A stretch of DNA of 64,000 nt from Scenedesmus sp. PABB004 (Eukaryota). The position numbers and the translations under genes were made by a program. This document shows, in pieces, positions 1 through 12,090 of this stretch; position 1 is the stretch's first letter; every line of letters begins with the position of its first letter. The stretch is from positions 2,232,001 through 2,296,000 of the forward strand of contig JABVCE010000002.1 of NCBI GenBank assembly GCA_014905635.1. The letters run 5' to 3'. The notes below the pieces were generated by a model. That model saw only the letters and a list, made by a program, of their open reading frames with translations. It was not told the origin of the DNA and did not search any database.

Positions 1-111
1 ACACGCGCGGGGCGCCCGCTGCGCTGGGACACGCGCGGCGCTGGCGGCGCTGGACGCGCGTGTGACACGCGCGCGTCGTGTTGCAAGGCAGGTGATGCAG
101 CGCCGCACACG

Positions 112-2622
112 TCACGCCACCGCCGCCGGCGGCGCCCCCGGCGCGCGGCGGCCGCGCAGCTGCTGTTGCACCTTGAGCGCCGCGCCGACCGCCGCCGCCT
201 GGCCCGCGGCCCCGGCGTCGTCGTCGAGCTGCTCGCTCCAGGCGCCGCTGTCGAGGCGGCGGAGCGTGAGGAACGCGTCGACGCCGTAGCCAGGCAGGTT
301 GACGAGCTGCAGGTCACCGCCCCAGAACCGCGCGTGCAGGCGCGACATCGGCAGCCCAAAGCCGAGCCCCGCGAGGCTGAACCGCCGCCCGACGCGCGCG
401 GCGTCCGACGCGCCCGCGAGCAGCGCGCCAAACGCGTCCGCCGTCCGCTGCAGCTGCGCCTCGGCCGCCGCCGCCGCGCGCGCGCGCCGGCCGCGGTGGC
501 GAGCGCGGCGTCGGGCGGCTCACCCGTGCCGCCGCGGGGGCCTGCGACGCGCGGCGCGGACGGCGGCGGCCTGGTTGGTCGCACGCGCTCGGCGGCCGGC
601 CGCCAAGCGCGCGGCGCGCTGCGCCACGCTGCGCACCCGCGCCGCCGCTGAAAGCCGCGTCCGCGTGCTGCAGCTCCTGCTGCGCCGCCTGCAGCTCGGG
701 CACGGCGCCGCCGGCGCTGGTCGTGAACCCATACGACCACACCTGCGCCGGCGCGGGCCCAGGCCCCCCGTGAGGCGGCCGAGCGGCGAAACAGGGCGCG
801 CGCTGCCGCCGCGCCTCGCGCCTGGTCTCGGTGCTCTGGCGGGATGCCGCCGCCCTGGTCGCTGATGCAGATGGTCAGGTGGCCGCCCCCGCTGCACACG
901 CGCGCCTGGATCGCCGGCAGGCGGCTGCGCGTCGAGTGCGTCGCGCCGCGGTGCCGCTCCACCACTGCGCCGGCGGCGCCGCGCGTCGGCGCGCGCGTCC
1001 GCGGGGCCGGGCGCGGCGCGCCGCCCGCGCGGTTGCCGCGGCACGCGGAGCGCCGCCGCGCGGCCGTTGCGTTCACAACCACAACGCGGCTGCCAGCAGG
1101 GCTCCGCCCGCAGGGCCCCCGCCGCCGCCGCCGCCGCCGCCGCACCCGCGCGCATGGCGTTCTTGAGCAGCTCATACGTCATGTAGTCAAGGTGGCCGGG
1201 CAGGTAGGGCAGCCGCGCGCCGAGGTCGCCGCTCAGCTCGACCTCCGGCGCGACGCCGTACGCCTCGCTGCACACCTGGCGCTGCGCGCGGCGCGGCGGG
1301 CGGCGCGGCGACGGCGGCGGCGGCGCGCGGGCGCACTGGGGCGCGGCGGGCGGGCGGGCGGGCGGGCGTGCAGCGCAGCGCAGCGGGCGGGCGCCGGCGC
1401 GGCGGGTGCTCTAGTGCCGCGGCTCTACTTTATCTTTCTAAACATCAATTTTGTTCTTACCGCACGCTCGCCGGCAAAGCCGAGCGCGCCGGCGACGTCG
1501 AGCGCGGTCGCGATGGAGCCAATAAAGCCGGGCCGCGCGTTGGTGAGGTGGAGATGCTGCTCGGCCATGACGCGGCGGCTGATGCGGCTGCGCAGCATGG
1601 CATCCAAAAAGTTGTCGAGCTCCAGCGCGCGGCCCACGAGCCGCTTCGCGCGCACCTCGGCCAGGCCGCGCGCGAGGAGGTCGAGCAGCGGGCCTGGCGG
1701 CGGCGCGGCGGCGCGCCGGGCGCGCGCCCGCAGCTCGTGCGTGTCGCGCGTTTGCCGCCGTGCGCTGCCGCGCACGCCGCCGCGCGCTGCCGCGCGCCGC
1801 CGCCGCGCGTCGCACCGTGCTCGTCGACCAGGCGGCGCAGCAGCGCGCAGAACGGCGCGTCGTCGGCCGTGCACTCGACGCGCGGGTGCCGGCGCAGCGT
1901 CTCAAACGCGTGGTAATAGCTCGTGTAGACGCGCTTGATGTGAGGGTTGGTCACCACGAGGTGCCTGCGCCACATGTGTGTGAGCTTGGCGGCGCGGGCC
2001 AGGGCGGCGGCCGGGGCGCCGAGAGGGGCGGGCCGTGCCGCGCGCTCACGGGAGCAGCTGCAGGTCGAGCAGGCGCCGTGCCAGGCGCTTGGGGAGCTGC
2101 GGCGCGTGGCGGGCGGGCAGCGCTCGCGCGCCGCGACCGGACCGCCGGCGGGCCGCGCCGGCGCGCTCTGCCGGAGCGCTCTGCCCCCCGCCCCCCCCCC
2201 CCCAAACCCCCGCACCTCCTCCTGCACAAACTGCGCGCTCTGCACGACCCTGCTGGGGTCGCTCGGCGCGTTGCGGCCGAGGCGCAGCATCTGCGCGGCG
2301 CGCGGCGCGCGGCACGTGGCGCGCGTCGGCGGCTGCTCCCGCGCCGCTGCGCGCGGCGCCGCGCCGCGCTGCCCCCCCCCCCCCGGCGCCGCGCCCCACA
2401 CGTCCGCACGTGCTCCAGCGTGAGGGTGACCAGCGGCATCTCTGCATACTTTTCGACGGTGCTGTCATAAAAGCTCTCCGCGCGGCGCGCCTCGGACAGC
2501 GCGGGTGGCTCGCCCCACACGCCGCGGCGCGGCTGCTGCAGGCCCGCCGCGCCGCGGCCGCCCGCCTGCAGCGCCGCTGGCGCGTGGCAGCGCGCCAGCG
2601 CGCGCAGCGCCGCGCACAGCAT
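112..2622 (-). CDS. PDK: Mitochondrial pyruvate dehydrogenase kinase (PDK/BCKDK family), multi-exon
   Basis: Stitched exons give FVQEE|LPKRLARRLLDLQLLP|HLVVTNPHIKRVYTSYY, FLDAMLRSRISRRVMAEQH, YLPGHLDYMTYELLKNAMRA (N box), ICISDQGGGIP (G1), WSYGFTT and GFGLPMSRLHARFWGGDLQLVNLPGYGVDAFL. The N-terminus looks like a presequence. Confidence 0.92.
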
Positions 2623-2802
2623 GGCGCGAGGCGCAGGAGGCTCGAGCGAGGCGCACGCGCGGCGGCACGAGCGCCCGCGCCGCGCGACAGCTCAGCCGAT
2701 GCTGCTGCTGAGGGCCCGGAAGACGGAAGGGCCACGTGTCAGGCCCACCGGCTCGCTCGGACACGCCGCTGGGCGCACGCGTGACGGCGGTCGGCGGCGG
2801 CC

Positions 2803-3313
2803 AGCAGCGCGCGCTGCCGCGCGCCGGCTGGGGGCCCTGCGCCTGCCTGCTGATCAACACCAGCGGCTCGAGGAAACGACGTTGCTCACGCAGCCGAGCG
2901 GGCGGCGCGCCTGCTTGCTCGTGCGCGGCTCGCTGACGCCGCTGCTGCCGCCGCTGTCGCCGCCGCTGCTGCTGCTACCGGGGGCTCTGCGCGGGTCTGC
3001 GGTGGACGGTCGAGCGGCAGGTGGGACTCGCGTGCTGCTGGGAGCCCGCAAAGGAGGGCAGGGCGCAAGGGCACAGTCGGACGCGCGCCGCCGCGGTCCG
3101 CCCGCCTTCGCGCCCGGCGCGCGGAGGTGCGCGGCGTGCAGCACCGGTGCCGGCCTGGCGGCAGGACCGGGCTGGTGGGCCTGCCGGCGGCGCCGCCCGC
3201 TGCCGCGCAGGCTGGCGGGCGGCGCTCAGCGTGCACGCCGCGGCGTCGAGCGCGGCGCAGGCGCCTCGCCCGCCGTTACTGCGGCCGCCCGGCTGCACGC
3301 TGCTACCAGCGCG
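2803..3313. repeat. Intergenic repeat family A, copy 1 (direct repeat of about 17493-17966)
   Basis: Long near-identical blocks, e.g. cccgccttcgcgcccggcgcgcggaggtgcgcggcgtgcagcaccggtgccggcctggcggcaggaccgggctggtgggcctgccggc, occur at both loci. Confidence 0.93.
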
Positions 3314-3403
3314 GCGCCGCCGTCGCGGCCACGGCCTCGCCGCCAAGCGCGCCGCCCGAGCCTCGGGCCCCGAGGCGGCGCCTCGCGCCGACCCGGCCCC
3401 CCG

Positions 3404-6387
3404 CTACACCGCGCGGCAGCAGAGCCAGCGCCGCTCGCCGCTCGCCGCGCCGCCGCCGCCGCCGCCGCTCGGCAGCAGCCACGCGCCGGTCGCCGCATCG
3501 TGCTGCACGCAGGGCGTGTAGGGCAGCGGGAAGGCGAGGAAGGCCTGTGTCTTCTCAAAGTTGAAGCTGAAGCGCACGATGTGGCGCTGCGCCCACTTGA
3601 GCATGTGCTTCGGCCGCAGCAGGCTCCACACGTGGTCGCGCAGCTGGTCGTTGCTCACCAGCAGACCGCGCGCGCGCGCGGCGACCGTCGCGTAGAGCCA
3701 GTACCAGTCGTCGTTGGAGCCGGCGGGCGCAACGTAAAACTCGCCGCCGCGGCGCAGCGACTCGAGCCACTCGTGCAGCGCCCGGTGGTTGGCGCGCACG
3801 TCGGCGTGCCGGCCCGCGTGCAGCACCTGCGCCGCGCGCGTGCGTGGGGTGTTGGACGGAGGGCGCGCCGGACCGAGCGCGCCGCGCCGCCGCCGCCGGG
3901 CCGCACCAGCAGGATCTTGGCGCCGGGGCTCGCGGCGCGCACGGCGTCGACCATGGTCCGAATCTTGGCGGGCCGGAAGCCGCCGCCCTCGTAGTTCTCG
4001 CCCCACAGCGCGACGTTGGCGCCGTCGATCATCACGTCAAACGGCCCGTGCTTCTCCAGCCAGTCGGCAAAGACCTGCGCGCCGGCGGCGAGCGTCGGCG
4101 GCGGCAAGCGTCGGCAGAGGCGGCGCGCGGGCCGCGCGCGCGCGCGGCGGGCACGCGACCGCCGCGCGCGGCAGGCGTCCCCCTCCCGTCGCGCCCCGGC
4201 GGGCTCGCGCACCGTGAACTTGCCCTGCTGCTTCTCCTGCTCCTCCGCCAGCTGGCGCACCTGCTGCGCAAACGCCGCCCAGTCCGCCTCTGAGAGGTCA
4301 GACATGCCCAGCTGCACGCCTGGCGGGGCGCCGCGGCGCGCGGGTGCGCAGGTGCACGTGCGTGCCGGTGGGTGGCGGGTGGGAGGCGGCAGGGCAGCGC
4401 GGCGAGGCGCAGCAGGCGACGGGCCGGGGCGGCCGGCGCGCGTGGCGCGCGCCGTGGCCCCGTGCAGTGCTGCTGCCGCGGACAGGCGCACCTGCCTCGG
4501 CGACCAGCCCCTCCTCGCTCGGCGTCACCCACTCCTGCTGCCACGCGGAGCGGCCGAGGCCCGCGAGCTTGCCGCCGGCCGCGAGCGCGGCCGCGGCGCG
4601 CTCCGACCTGCGGGCGCGGCGCGTGCGCCGCGGCACGGTCAGCGCGGCGCGGTCGGCGTCGTGCGCTGCGACCGGCGGCGCAGCGGCGGCCCGGGCAGCC
4701 GCCGTGCGGTGGCGCACTCGAAGAAGCGCGCGATGAGGGCCAGCGTGGCGGGGCGCAGCTCGTTGAGCTCCGCTGCAGTCGCGGCGAGCGCCTCCTCCAG
4801 CTGTTCGTAGCTGCCGCCGCGCGCGATGGCCTCCAGCCACAGCGCAAACTCCGACTCTGCGCCGGCGCCGCGCCGCGGGGGCGTGCGGGGCGTCGGGGCA
4901 CGCCACCCCCGCGGGGCGTCGGGGCACGCCACCCCCCGCGGCGGCGCGCGGGCGCGTGGGCACGCAGCGTCGCGCGCGCGGCCGTGCGCACCCGTGAGGT
5001 CCTGGCCGCACGCGCTGCGCATGAGCTCAATCACGCGCCCCGCCTGCTCCGCCTGGCCCGTCAGCGCATAGCCCACCAGCGCCGGCTGGAAGTCGCGCAG
5101 CCGCGGCGTGAGCTTGGCGCTGCGCCCGGCCGCCTGCCACGCGTCCACCAGCGCCTGCGCGTAGCCAAACGCCTGCGCGGCGCGGCGCGGGCTCGCGGGC
5201 GCGGCGACGGTGGGCGAGCGAATGCGCGGGCGCCGCGCCGCGCGCCGCGGCGCCGCCGCCGCGCCGCGCCCGCCGCCGCGCCGCCGCCGGTGGCGTGCCT
5301 TGTCCGGGTCGCCCTGCATGCCCGCCGCGCGCGCGAGCTGGAGGTACATCGCCTCATCCAGCTCCACGCCCGCGGCCGCGAGGTCGGTCGTGACCGCGGC
5401 GACAGCCCCGCCGAGCAGCTCCATCAGCGGCGGCCGCTCCGCCGGCATGCCCGCCAGCAGCCCTGCATGAGCCGCGGCGTCGCGGCGGGGCGCGGCGTCG
5501 CGGCGGGCCCGGCGCCGCGGCCGGGCCGGCGCCGCGGCGGCGCTGCCAGCGCGCCGCGGCGGCGCGCACCGTCGAGCCAGGCCTGGTCCTTGAGCTTGCT
5601 GTCTGGCGGCGCGAGCTCCACATGCTTCTCCACGTGGCACACCATCTCCGCCGGCACCTCCGCGCCCTCGGGCACTGCGCGGCGGCGCGGCACAGGGGGG
5701 TTCAGGGGGATCTCGAGGGCGCCGCGCGCATGTGCGCACGCGAGACACCGCGCCCCGCAGGCGCGCCCGGCTGTGCGTGCTCGCGCACCCGGGGGCGGCG
5801 CCATGCGCTGCAGGACGTTGGCGTCGGCGTCACGCTGTGCCTCGCGCTCCGCGACCACGGCCACCACGATTGCTCGCCGCGCCGCCTCCAGCGACGCGGC
5901 GTCGCGCCCCGCGGCCGGGCCCAGGCGCAGCAGGTGCTGGTGGCGCTGGTGCAGCTCCCACTGCCACTTGCCTGCAGGCGGGCGCGCGCGCGTGCCGCGC
6001 CGCCTCGGCGCCGCGCCCCGTGCGGTGCCGCCGCCCGTGGCCGGCCGGCCGCCCGCCCGCCGCCCGCGCCCGCACCCGACAGCAGGTTGAGCAGCCCGGC
6101 GCAGGTGCTGAGGTCCACGCCCGGCGCGGCGGCGTCGGCCTTCATGCTGCGATAGAGGTGGAGCGCCTCGTGGGGCAGGTCGCGCTTGATGCACTGGAGC
6201 AGGCCCAGCCGGCGCTGGAACGCCTGCGGGCGCGCGTCGGGCCACGAGGGGCCGCCGAGGTCAGCCGAGCGCGCGGCGCGCGTGTGCGCAAGGCGGCGAC
6301 CGCGGGCGCCGCACGCACCGGGTCGTCCTGCTTCTGCTTGCGCCGGGCCTTCTTGCTCAGCCCCGACCCCTCCTGCTGCTGCTGCCC

Positions 6388-6422
<35 letters not shown>

Positions 6423-7089
6423 CCTGCTGCTGCGGCCGCTGCTGCGACTCCACACCCGCCGAGCGCTGCTCGGCGGGCGGGGCCTGAACGTCGACCGGCG
6501 GCGGCGCCGCCTCGGCAGCACCTGCCACCGCCTGGCGCGCGGTGGGGCTGGGCGTGCGGCGGCGCCGCCTCCCGGCCGCCGCCTCGCCGCTGGCGCCGGC
6601 GGCTGGCGCGGGGGCTGCGGCCGCCGCCTGCGCGCTCGCGGCGGCGGCGGCGGCAGCGTCCCCAGTTGCGGCGTCTGCGGTGGAGGCGGCACGCGGGAAG
6701 GTGAGGGCAAGTGACAGCACCCACGGGCCGGCCCCCGGCGCAGGCGCGCGCGGGCGCCTGCATACGCGCAGCGGCGCGCCCCCGGCTGGCCGCTGCCGCC
6801 GGCATGCCGGCGCTGCGCGGCCGGCGCCGTCGCGCGGCTCACCGCTGTCCACGCGCGCGCGCTTGGTGACGGGCGACTCGGCGCCCATCCTGCCCAGCGC
6901 CAGGGGGCGCACTGCCGCGAGACGGCCGCTGCCGGGCTCCGGCAGGCGGCGCGCGGTTGCTGGCTGCGCGGCGAGGGGCCGGAGGGCCGCGGCCAGGCCG
7001 TTCCTAAGCGCACCGACTGCGACTGCGCACTGAGCTGCACGCCGCATGCGCGGGGCACCCGGGAGAATCGGTGCGGCGCGGCCGATCAT
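3404..7089 (-). CDS. PRORP: Proteinaceous RNase P (PPR + NYN nuclease), multi-exon; start uncertain (in-frame ATGs at 7236, 7089, 7047, 6888)
   Basis: NYN motifs FDVMIDGANVA, GSNDDWYWLYA and LVSNDQLRDH; C-terminal PYTPCVQ...WLC; PPR-like helices (EALHLYRSMK, LTPRLRDFQPALVGY). Confidence 0.92.
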
Positions 7090-7236
7090 CGGGAGCGCTG
7101 CGGGCGTCGCGACGCGCTCGCGTTGGAGCTCGCCGCGACGTGCTAGCGCCTTTGGCCGCGGCGGCGCGCTGAGCCGCCGCGGCGCGCGCCTCCGCAGCTG
7201 CCGGCGGCGCGCCGCTCCTCGAGCTGCGGGGGGCAT

Positions 7237-9358
7237 TTACTCCGGGCTTCGCAGCTCGAAGTCGAGAGAGGCCATGAAGCCGGGCACCGACGCCTCAGCG
7301 TACAGCTCCGCGAGCTCCGGCGGCAGCGCGCCGGCGTCGAGCAGCTCGCCGCTCAGCAGGCGCGGCCCGAGGCGCGGGTGAAGCGACCAGCGCAGCACCG
7401 TGTCCTCGGCGTGCCCGCTCGCCTCGAGCTCAGCGAGAAAGTAGAGAAGGTCGGCGTTGAGCGCCGCGAGCGCGGCGATCTTGCCCTCGTCGATAAAGGG
7501 CAGTAGCGCGGCGCTCACCGCCGCGCCGACACTCGCCGGCCCCCGCCCGGGGCCGGGCTCGGGCGCGCCGCGCGCCTGGAACGCGGCCGCGGCGGCCTCC
7601 GCCGCGGCGAGCGCCGCGTCGCGCCGCTCGGCGGCGATGAACCTGCGCGGCGCGGCCAGCCAGCTGCCCGTGAGCGGTGCGCAGCCAGCGCGTGTGACCG
7701 CGCGCGCAGCCTCGGCGCCGCGCCGCACCAGTCGTCGCCTTGCAGGTTGGCCACCCACAGCGCTTCGGCGCTCAGCAGGCCCGGGCGGTGCTCCGACAGC
7801 GCAGCGCTCCAGGCCTGCAGCGCCGGCAGGCGCTCGGCCGCCGCGATGAAGCGACCCACGCGCTGCAGCGGGGACAGGCTCGCAGCGCCCCCGCCGTCCG
7901 CGGGCGGCTGCTGCGGGCGCGCGCCCGCGCCCGCGCGCGCGCCCGCCGCCGCCGCGGCCGCCGACGCGCGCGCGACCTCGGCGGCCAGCGCGCCGCCGCC
8001 GCCGCCCGGCTCGGCTGCGCTGTCTGGGGGCGCCGAGCCCAGCACGGCGTCCATGTAGAGCAGCGCCGAGCGCACGCCGGTGTCCTCGCACGCGTCCGCC
8101 TGTACGACCAGGTCGTTGAGGTCGGCGTTGACTGCGACGCACGCCTCGTCGCCGCCCGGCTGCTGCGCCGCGCCGCGCTCGAGCTCGAGCATGCGCGCGT
8201 GGATCCTGCAGCGGCGGCGGCGGCGGTGGTTGTGAGGCGGCGCGCACCCGCGCGGCGGCGCGCGCCCCGGCCACGCCCGTGCCCGTGGGCCCTGGGCGGG
8301 CTCGCTCACTGCTTGAGGCGCTGCAGCTGCGGGCGCGGCGGCCCGCCAAACGTGAGCTGCCCCGTCGCCGCGGCGCCGGCGAGCTCAGCCATCCTGAGGG
8401 GCGGACGCGGCGGCGGCGAGCCCTAGTGAGCGCCGGCGAGCTCTGCGCGTCTGCGCCGCCGAGGCCGCGGTCGCGCTCACCGCTTCATCCGATCGCTCAC
8501 GTCGGCGCCCAGGTACCTGTCCCAGTGCGCCGCCGCGGCCTGCGCGGCCTTGGCGCCGGCGCCCGCGCGGTCGCGCTTGGGGCGCCGAAACGACGCTCCC
8601 CACTCGCTGCGGCGGCCGCCGCCCGAGCCGCTGCTGGGCGTCCTGCTGCTGCTGCCGCTCCGGCTGCTGCTGCTGTTGCGGCCGCTGCCGCTGCGGTTGC
8701 TGCTTCTGCTGCTGCCGCCGCTGCCGCCGCCATCGACCGACTCGCTCAGCGCGTCCATGGAGCGCCCCATGGCCTCGGCCTTTGCCAGGATGTCCGCCAG
8801 CTTGGCCTTCTGCTGCAGGCTCAGGCGCGAGAGCGCGGCGAGCGACGCGGCCGGCGGCGCGCCGGCCGCGGCGGCGTCACCGAACGCCGCCCAGTCGCGG
8901 CCGCCAAACACGTCGTCGAGCAGCGCCAGCTCGTCGGGCGCAAAGCTCGCGCGCAGCGCCGCCCACTCGCCGCCGTCGCCGGCGGCCTCGGACAGGCGCT
9001 CCACGTAGCGCCGCGCCTCGGCCACGGCCGCGCCGTGCGCGAGGTCGTCGACCCGGTCCTGCATGTGCGCCGCGAACGCCGCCTGCGCCGCCGGGTCGAG
9101 CGACTCGACAAACGCGAGCAGCGCGGCGCGCTCGCGGTACCCCGGGTCGTCCGGCGCCGCGCCGGCGAGCAGCTGCCGCAGCGGCGCCGCGACGCGCTCG
9201 GCGCGCGCCGTGCGCCGCCGCAGGTCGGGCGCGTCCGCCGCCGCGCACACGCGCCGCTGGCGCCGGCGCGGCGGCGGCGCCGCGCGGGACGGCGTCCCCC
9301 CGCCGAGCAGGTGACGGTGCTGGTGGTGCTGGCAGGGGCCCAGCAGGCGGCGCGCCAT
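7237..9358 (-). CDS. Hypothetical helical protein with a transit-peptide-like N-terminus, about 4 exons
   Basis: Non-repetitive coding-like segments 8481-9358, about 8310-8393, about 7729-8206 and 7237-about 7642. An 87-nt intron 8394-8480 (GTGAGC...GCTCAC...CTCAG) joins the first two in frame. No family recognised. Confidence 0.6.
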
Positions 9359-9837
9359 GCCGCTGTCGCGCGAGAGCGGCCGCGGCAGCGCAACGGCGGC
9401 AGCAGCGCAACGGCGGCGGCGGCGGGGTGGCGGGTCGCGCGGGCGTCGCAGTCGCGCCTGCTGAGGGCGTCGTCGACGTCCCGGCGGAGAAACGCGGGGG
9501 AGGTGTGGCGCTCGGCAGGCTCGAGATGGAGGCCGGGGCATCCTGCACCCCGGGCTCAGCTGCCGCCAGCCGGACTTTGCGCCACCCAGACGACGATCGC
9601 CCGTCCCCACGACTTCACCACGCCTGCAGCGCGACGGCAGACCGCGCAGGGGCAGCGTGCTGGGTGGGACGGCGCCGGCGCTCCGCGGACCAGGCGAGCA
9701 GCGGGGCCAGGCGATCGCGCCGTGTCGCCCGCCTCTCGATCACGTTTCCGCGTCTCCACGCGCAGCGCGGGCATCCGCGGCGGCCCCGGCGGCGCGCGGC
9801 GGCTGCGCAGCAGCGGCGCGCGCCGCGCGGGCGCCCC

Positions 9838-11798
9838 ATGCTGCACGCCGGCGCGGGCGCCGCGCTGGGGCGCGGCCCGGGCGCGCAGGCGACGGAGAGA
9901 TGTGCCCGCCGGGCGGGCGGAGGCGGCGCAGCGCGCGCCGATCGCGCCGCGGCGCGAGCGGCGGCCGCCGCCGCCGGCAGCAGCCGCCTGAGCGCGGCGG
10001 CGCCTGCGCTGTCAGCGGAGACGTCCTGGGCCGGCCCGGCGCGGCGGGCGCCGGCAGCGGCCGTCCGCGCGCCCGATGAGCGACGCCCGGGGCGCACGCC
10101 CGCGCAGCCGCGCCAGGAGCAGCAGCAGCAGCAGCAGGCGCAGGAGCAGCGGCAGCGGTGGCAGCCGGCCGGGCCGCCGCCGCGGCAGCAGGCGCAACAG
10201 CAGCCGCAGGCGCGCCAGCACCAGCGCCAGCACCAGCAGCGGCCGCGCGAGCCGCCGGGCGCGGGCGCTGCGGCGGCGCTGGCGCAGCTCGACCGCGGCC
10301 AGCTCGCGGCGGCGGTGGACGCGGCGTACGCCGCGCGGCTGCGCGAGGTGCGGGCCCTCATGTCTCCCGCCGCGCTCGCGGCGCTCGCGGAGGGCCTGAG
10401 CGCAGACGAGGCGGCGAGCCTGGCGGTGGTGCTGGACGACCTGCGCGGGGGCATGCAGGGCAGCTGGGAGGAGGAGGGGGCGGGCGCCGACGAGGGGGGC
10501 GACGCGCCGGGCGGCGCCGCGCTGCTCGCGACGCTTGCGGAGGCGCAGCTGCTGCCGCCAGACTTCACGAGGTGCGCCGCCGCGCCGCGGCGCGCCGCTG
10601 CCGCTGCCGCTGCCGCTGCCGCTGCCGCTGCCGCTGCCGCTGCCGCTGCCGCGGCGGCCGCCGGCGCGCCGCCCTGCGCCCACGTGCCGGTGCCGCCCAT
10701 GCCCCCCCCCTGCCTGTGCCGCAGCTATCTCATGGCGATGCTGCCGGACGGCTCTGGCCCCGCGGAGCTCTCCGCGCTGCTGTCGGCCCTCGAGCCCGGC
10801 GCGCTCGCAGACATCCAGAGGTGCGGCGGCGCGGCGCGCGGCGCGGCGCCGGGGCCGCGCCGCCGCCAGCGCTGCGCGCGCCGCGCCGGCCGACGCCCGC
10901 GCCGCCGACGCCCGCGCCACCGCTGCCGCGGCGTGCCGCAGCGTGTTTGACGCGCTCAAAGGGTTCGAGGCGGCGCAGCTGGGCCCGGAGGAGGCGCACG
11001 CGCGGGTGCGCGCGGCGCGCGCGCGAGCGGGCGGCGGGCCGTGGCGTGCGCGCTCGTGGCTGCCGCGCGCGCTCGTGGCTGCCGCGCGCACCTGGCTGAG
11101 CCTCCGCCGCCGCCGCTGCTGCTGGCGCGCCGCTGCAGTACCTGGAGCTGTCTGCCCAGATCGCAGACGTGACCGCGCGCGTGCAAGGCCGGCTCGCAGC
11201 ACAGGCGCGGGCGGCGCAGGCGGCAGAGGCGGGGGCGGCACCGGCGCCGGTGCTGGCGCTGCCTCGGCGAGGCGCATGGGCGGGCACCCGGGTGCCGCGG
11301 CGCTACAGCGACCTGGCGTTTGGTGGCCGCAGCAGCGGCGTCGACGGCGGCGGTGCACCAGCGCCAGCACAGCAGCAGGCCCCAGCGGTCGGCCGCGCGG
11401 CAGCGACGCCGGCGCCCGGCTCAGCCGGCAAGCAGAGCAGCAAGGCCTGGGGGTCCGGGTGGGCGTCGCGGCCCCGCCAGGCGCGCCAGAGCGGCGGCGA
11501 CGCCAGCGCCGCGGCGCCGACTGCGGGGGGCGGAGCGGCAGGCCTGGGCTTCAGTCGCTTCGCATCGCTGCCGGGAGTTCAGGCAGAGCAGCAGGCGCAG
11601 CAGCAGCAGGCGCAGCAGCAGCAGGCGCAGCAGCGGCGGCAGCTGGAACAGCGGCAGCTGGAGCAGCAACAGCAACGTCAGCCGCAGGGGCCGGACGCTG
11701 CTGCGTGGCGCGCGCCGGCAGCGGGCGGCGGGCCGCGCCAACGGCGGCGGCGCGTGGGCGCCGCCGCCCTGGAGAGCGGCGACGCCGCGCAGCATTAG
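9838..11798 (+). CDS. Hypothetical protein with Gln-rich ends, about 4 exons
   Basis: Exons ...EAQLLPPDFT|SYLMAMLPDGSGPAELS...DIQ|SVFDALKGFEAAQLGPEEAHAR|YLELSAQIADVTARVQ... are joined by GT-AG introns; stop TAG at 11796-11798. Confidence 0.6.
10597..10650. repeat. (GCCGCT)n microsatellite in an intron
   Basis: About 9 tandem hexamers. Confidence 0.85.
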
Positions 11799-12090
11799 AG
11801 TTGTAGACGGAGGCGGGCGTTTGTACAAAAGACAAGGCGCGCGGCGCCGCGTGGTGGTGATTGTCCTTCATGTTTTCATGTCGCCGTCGGCGCTCGTCGC
11901 GCGTTTGAGCCGCTGTGCGCGGGGAGGCTGGTTGACTGGCGCCACGGCCGCCGCACAGCAGCCAGAGGGGCTTTGCTTTGCCGGCGCGGCCGGTTAACTG
12001 CGCCGGGCGCCTCCGACAACTCGTGCGCTCCCGCACGTCGCGCGCCCCCGATCAGCGCGCGGCGCCAGCGATCGGCCGCGCGTCGGCGCG

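Noticed and set aside
6370..6440. Poly-Cys ORFs (also near 21290 and 25030)
   Set aside because: Alternate-frame or antisense readings of CAG poly-Gln tracts in real genes.
8392..8480. Apparent separate intronless gene (8477-9358) only 84 nt upstream of another ATG, suggesting a tricistron
   Set aside because: The TGA lies in a GTGAGC donor, and an 87-nt intron with a branch-like GCTCAC and CTCAG acceptor joins both ORFs in frame. A single gene is more parsimonious.
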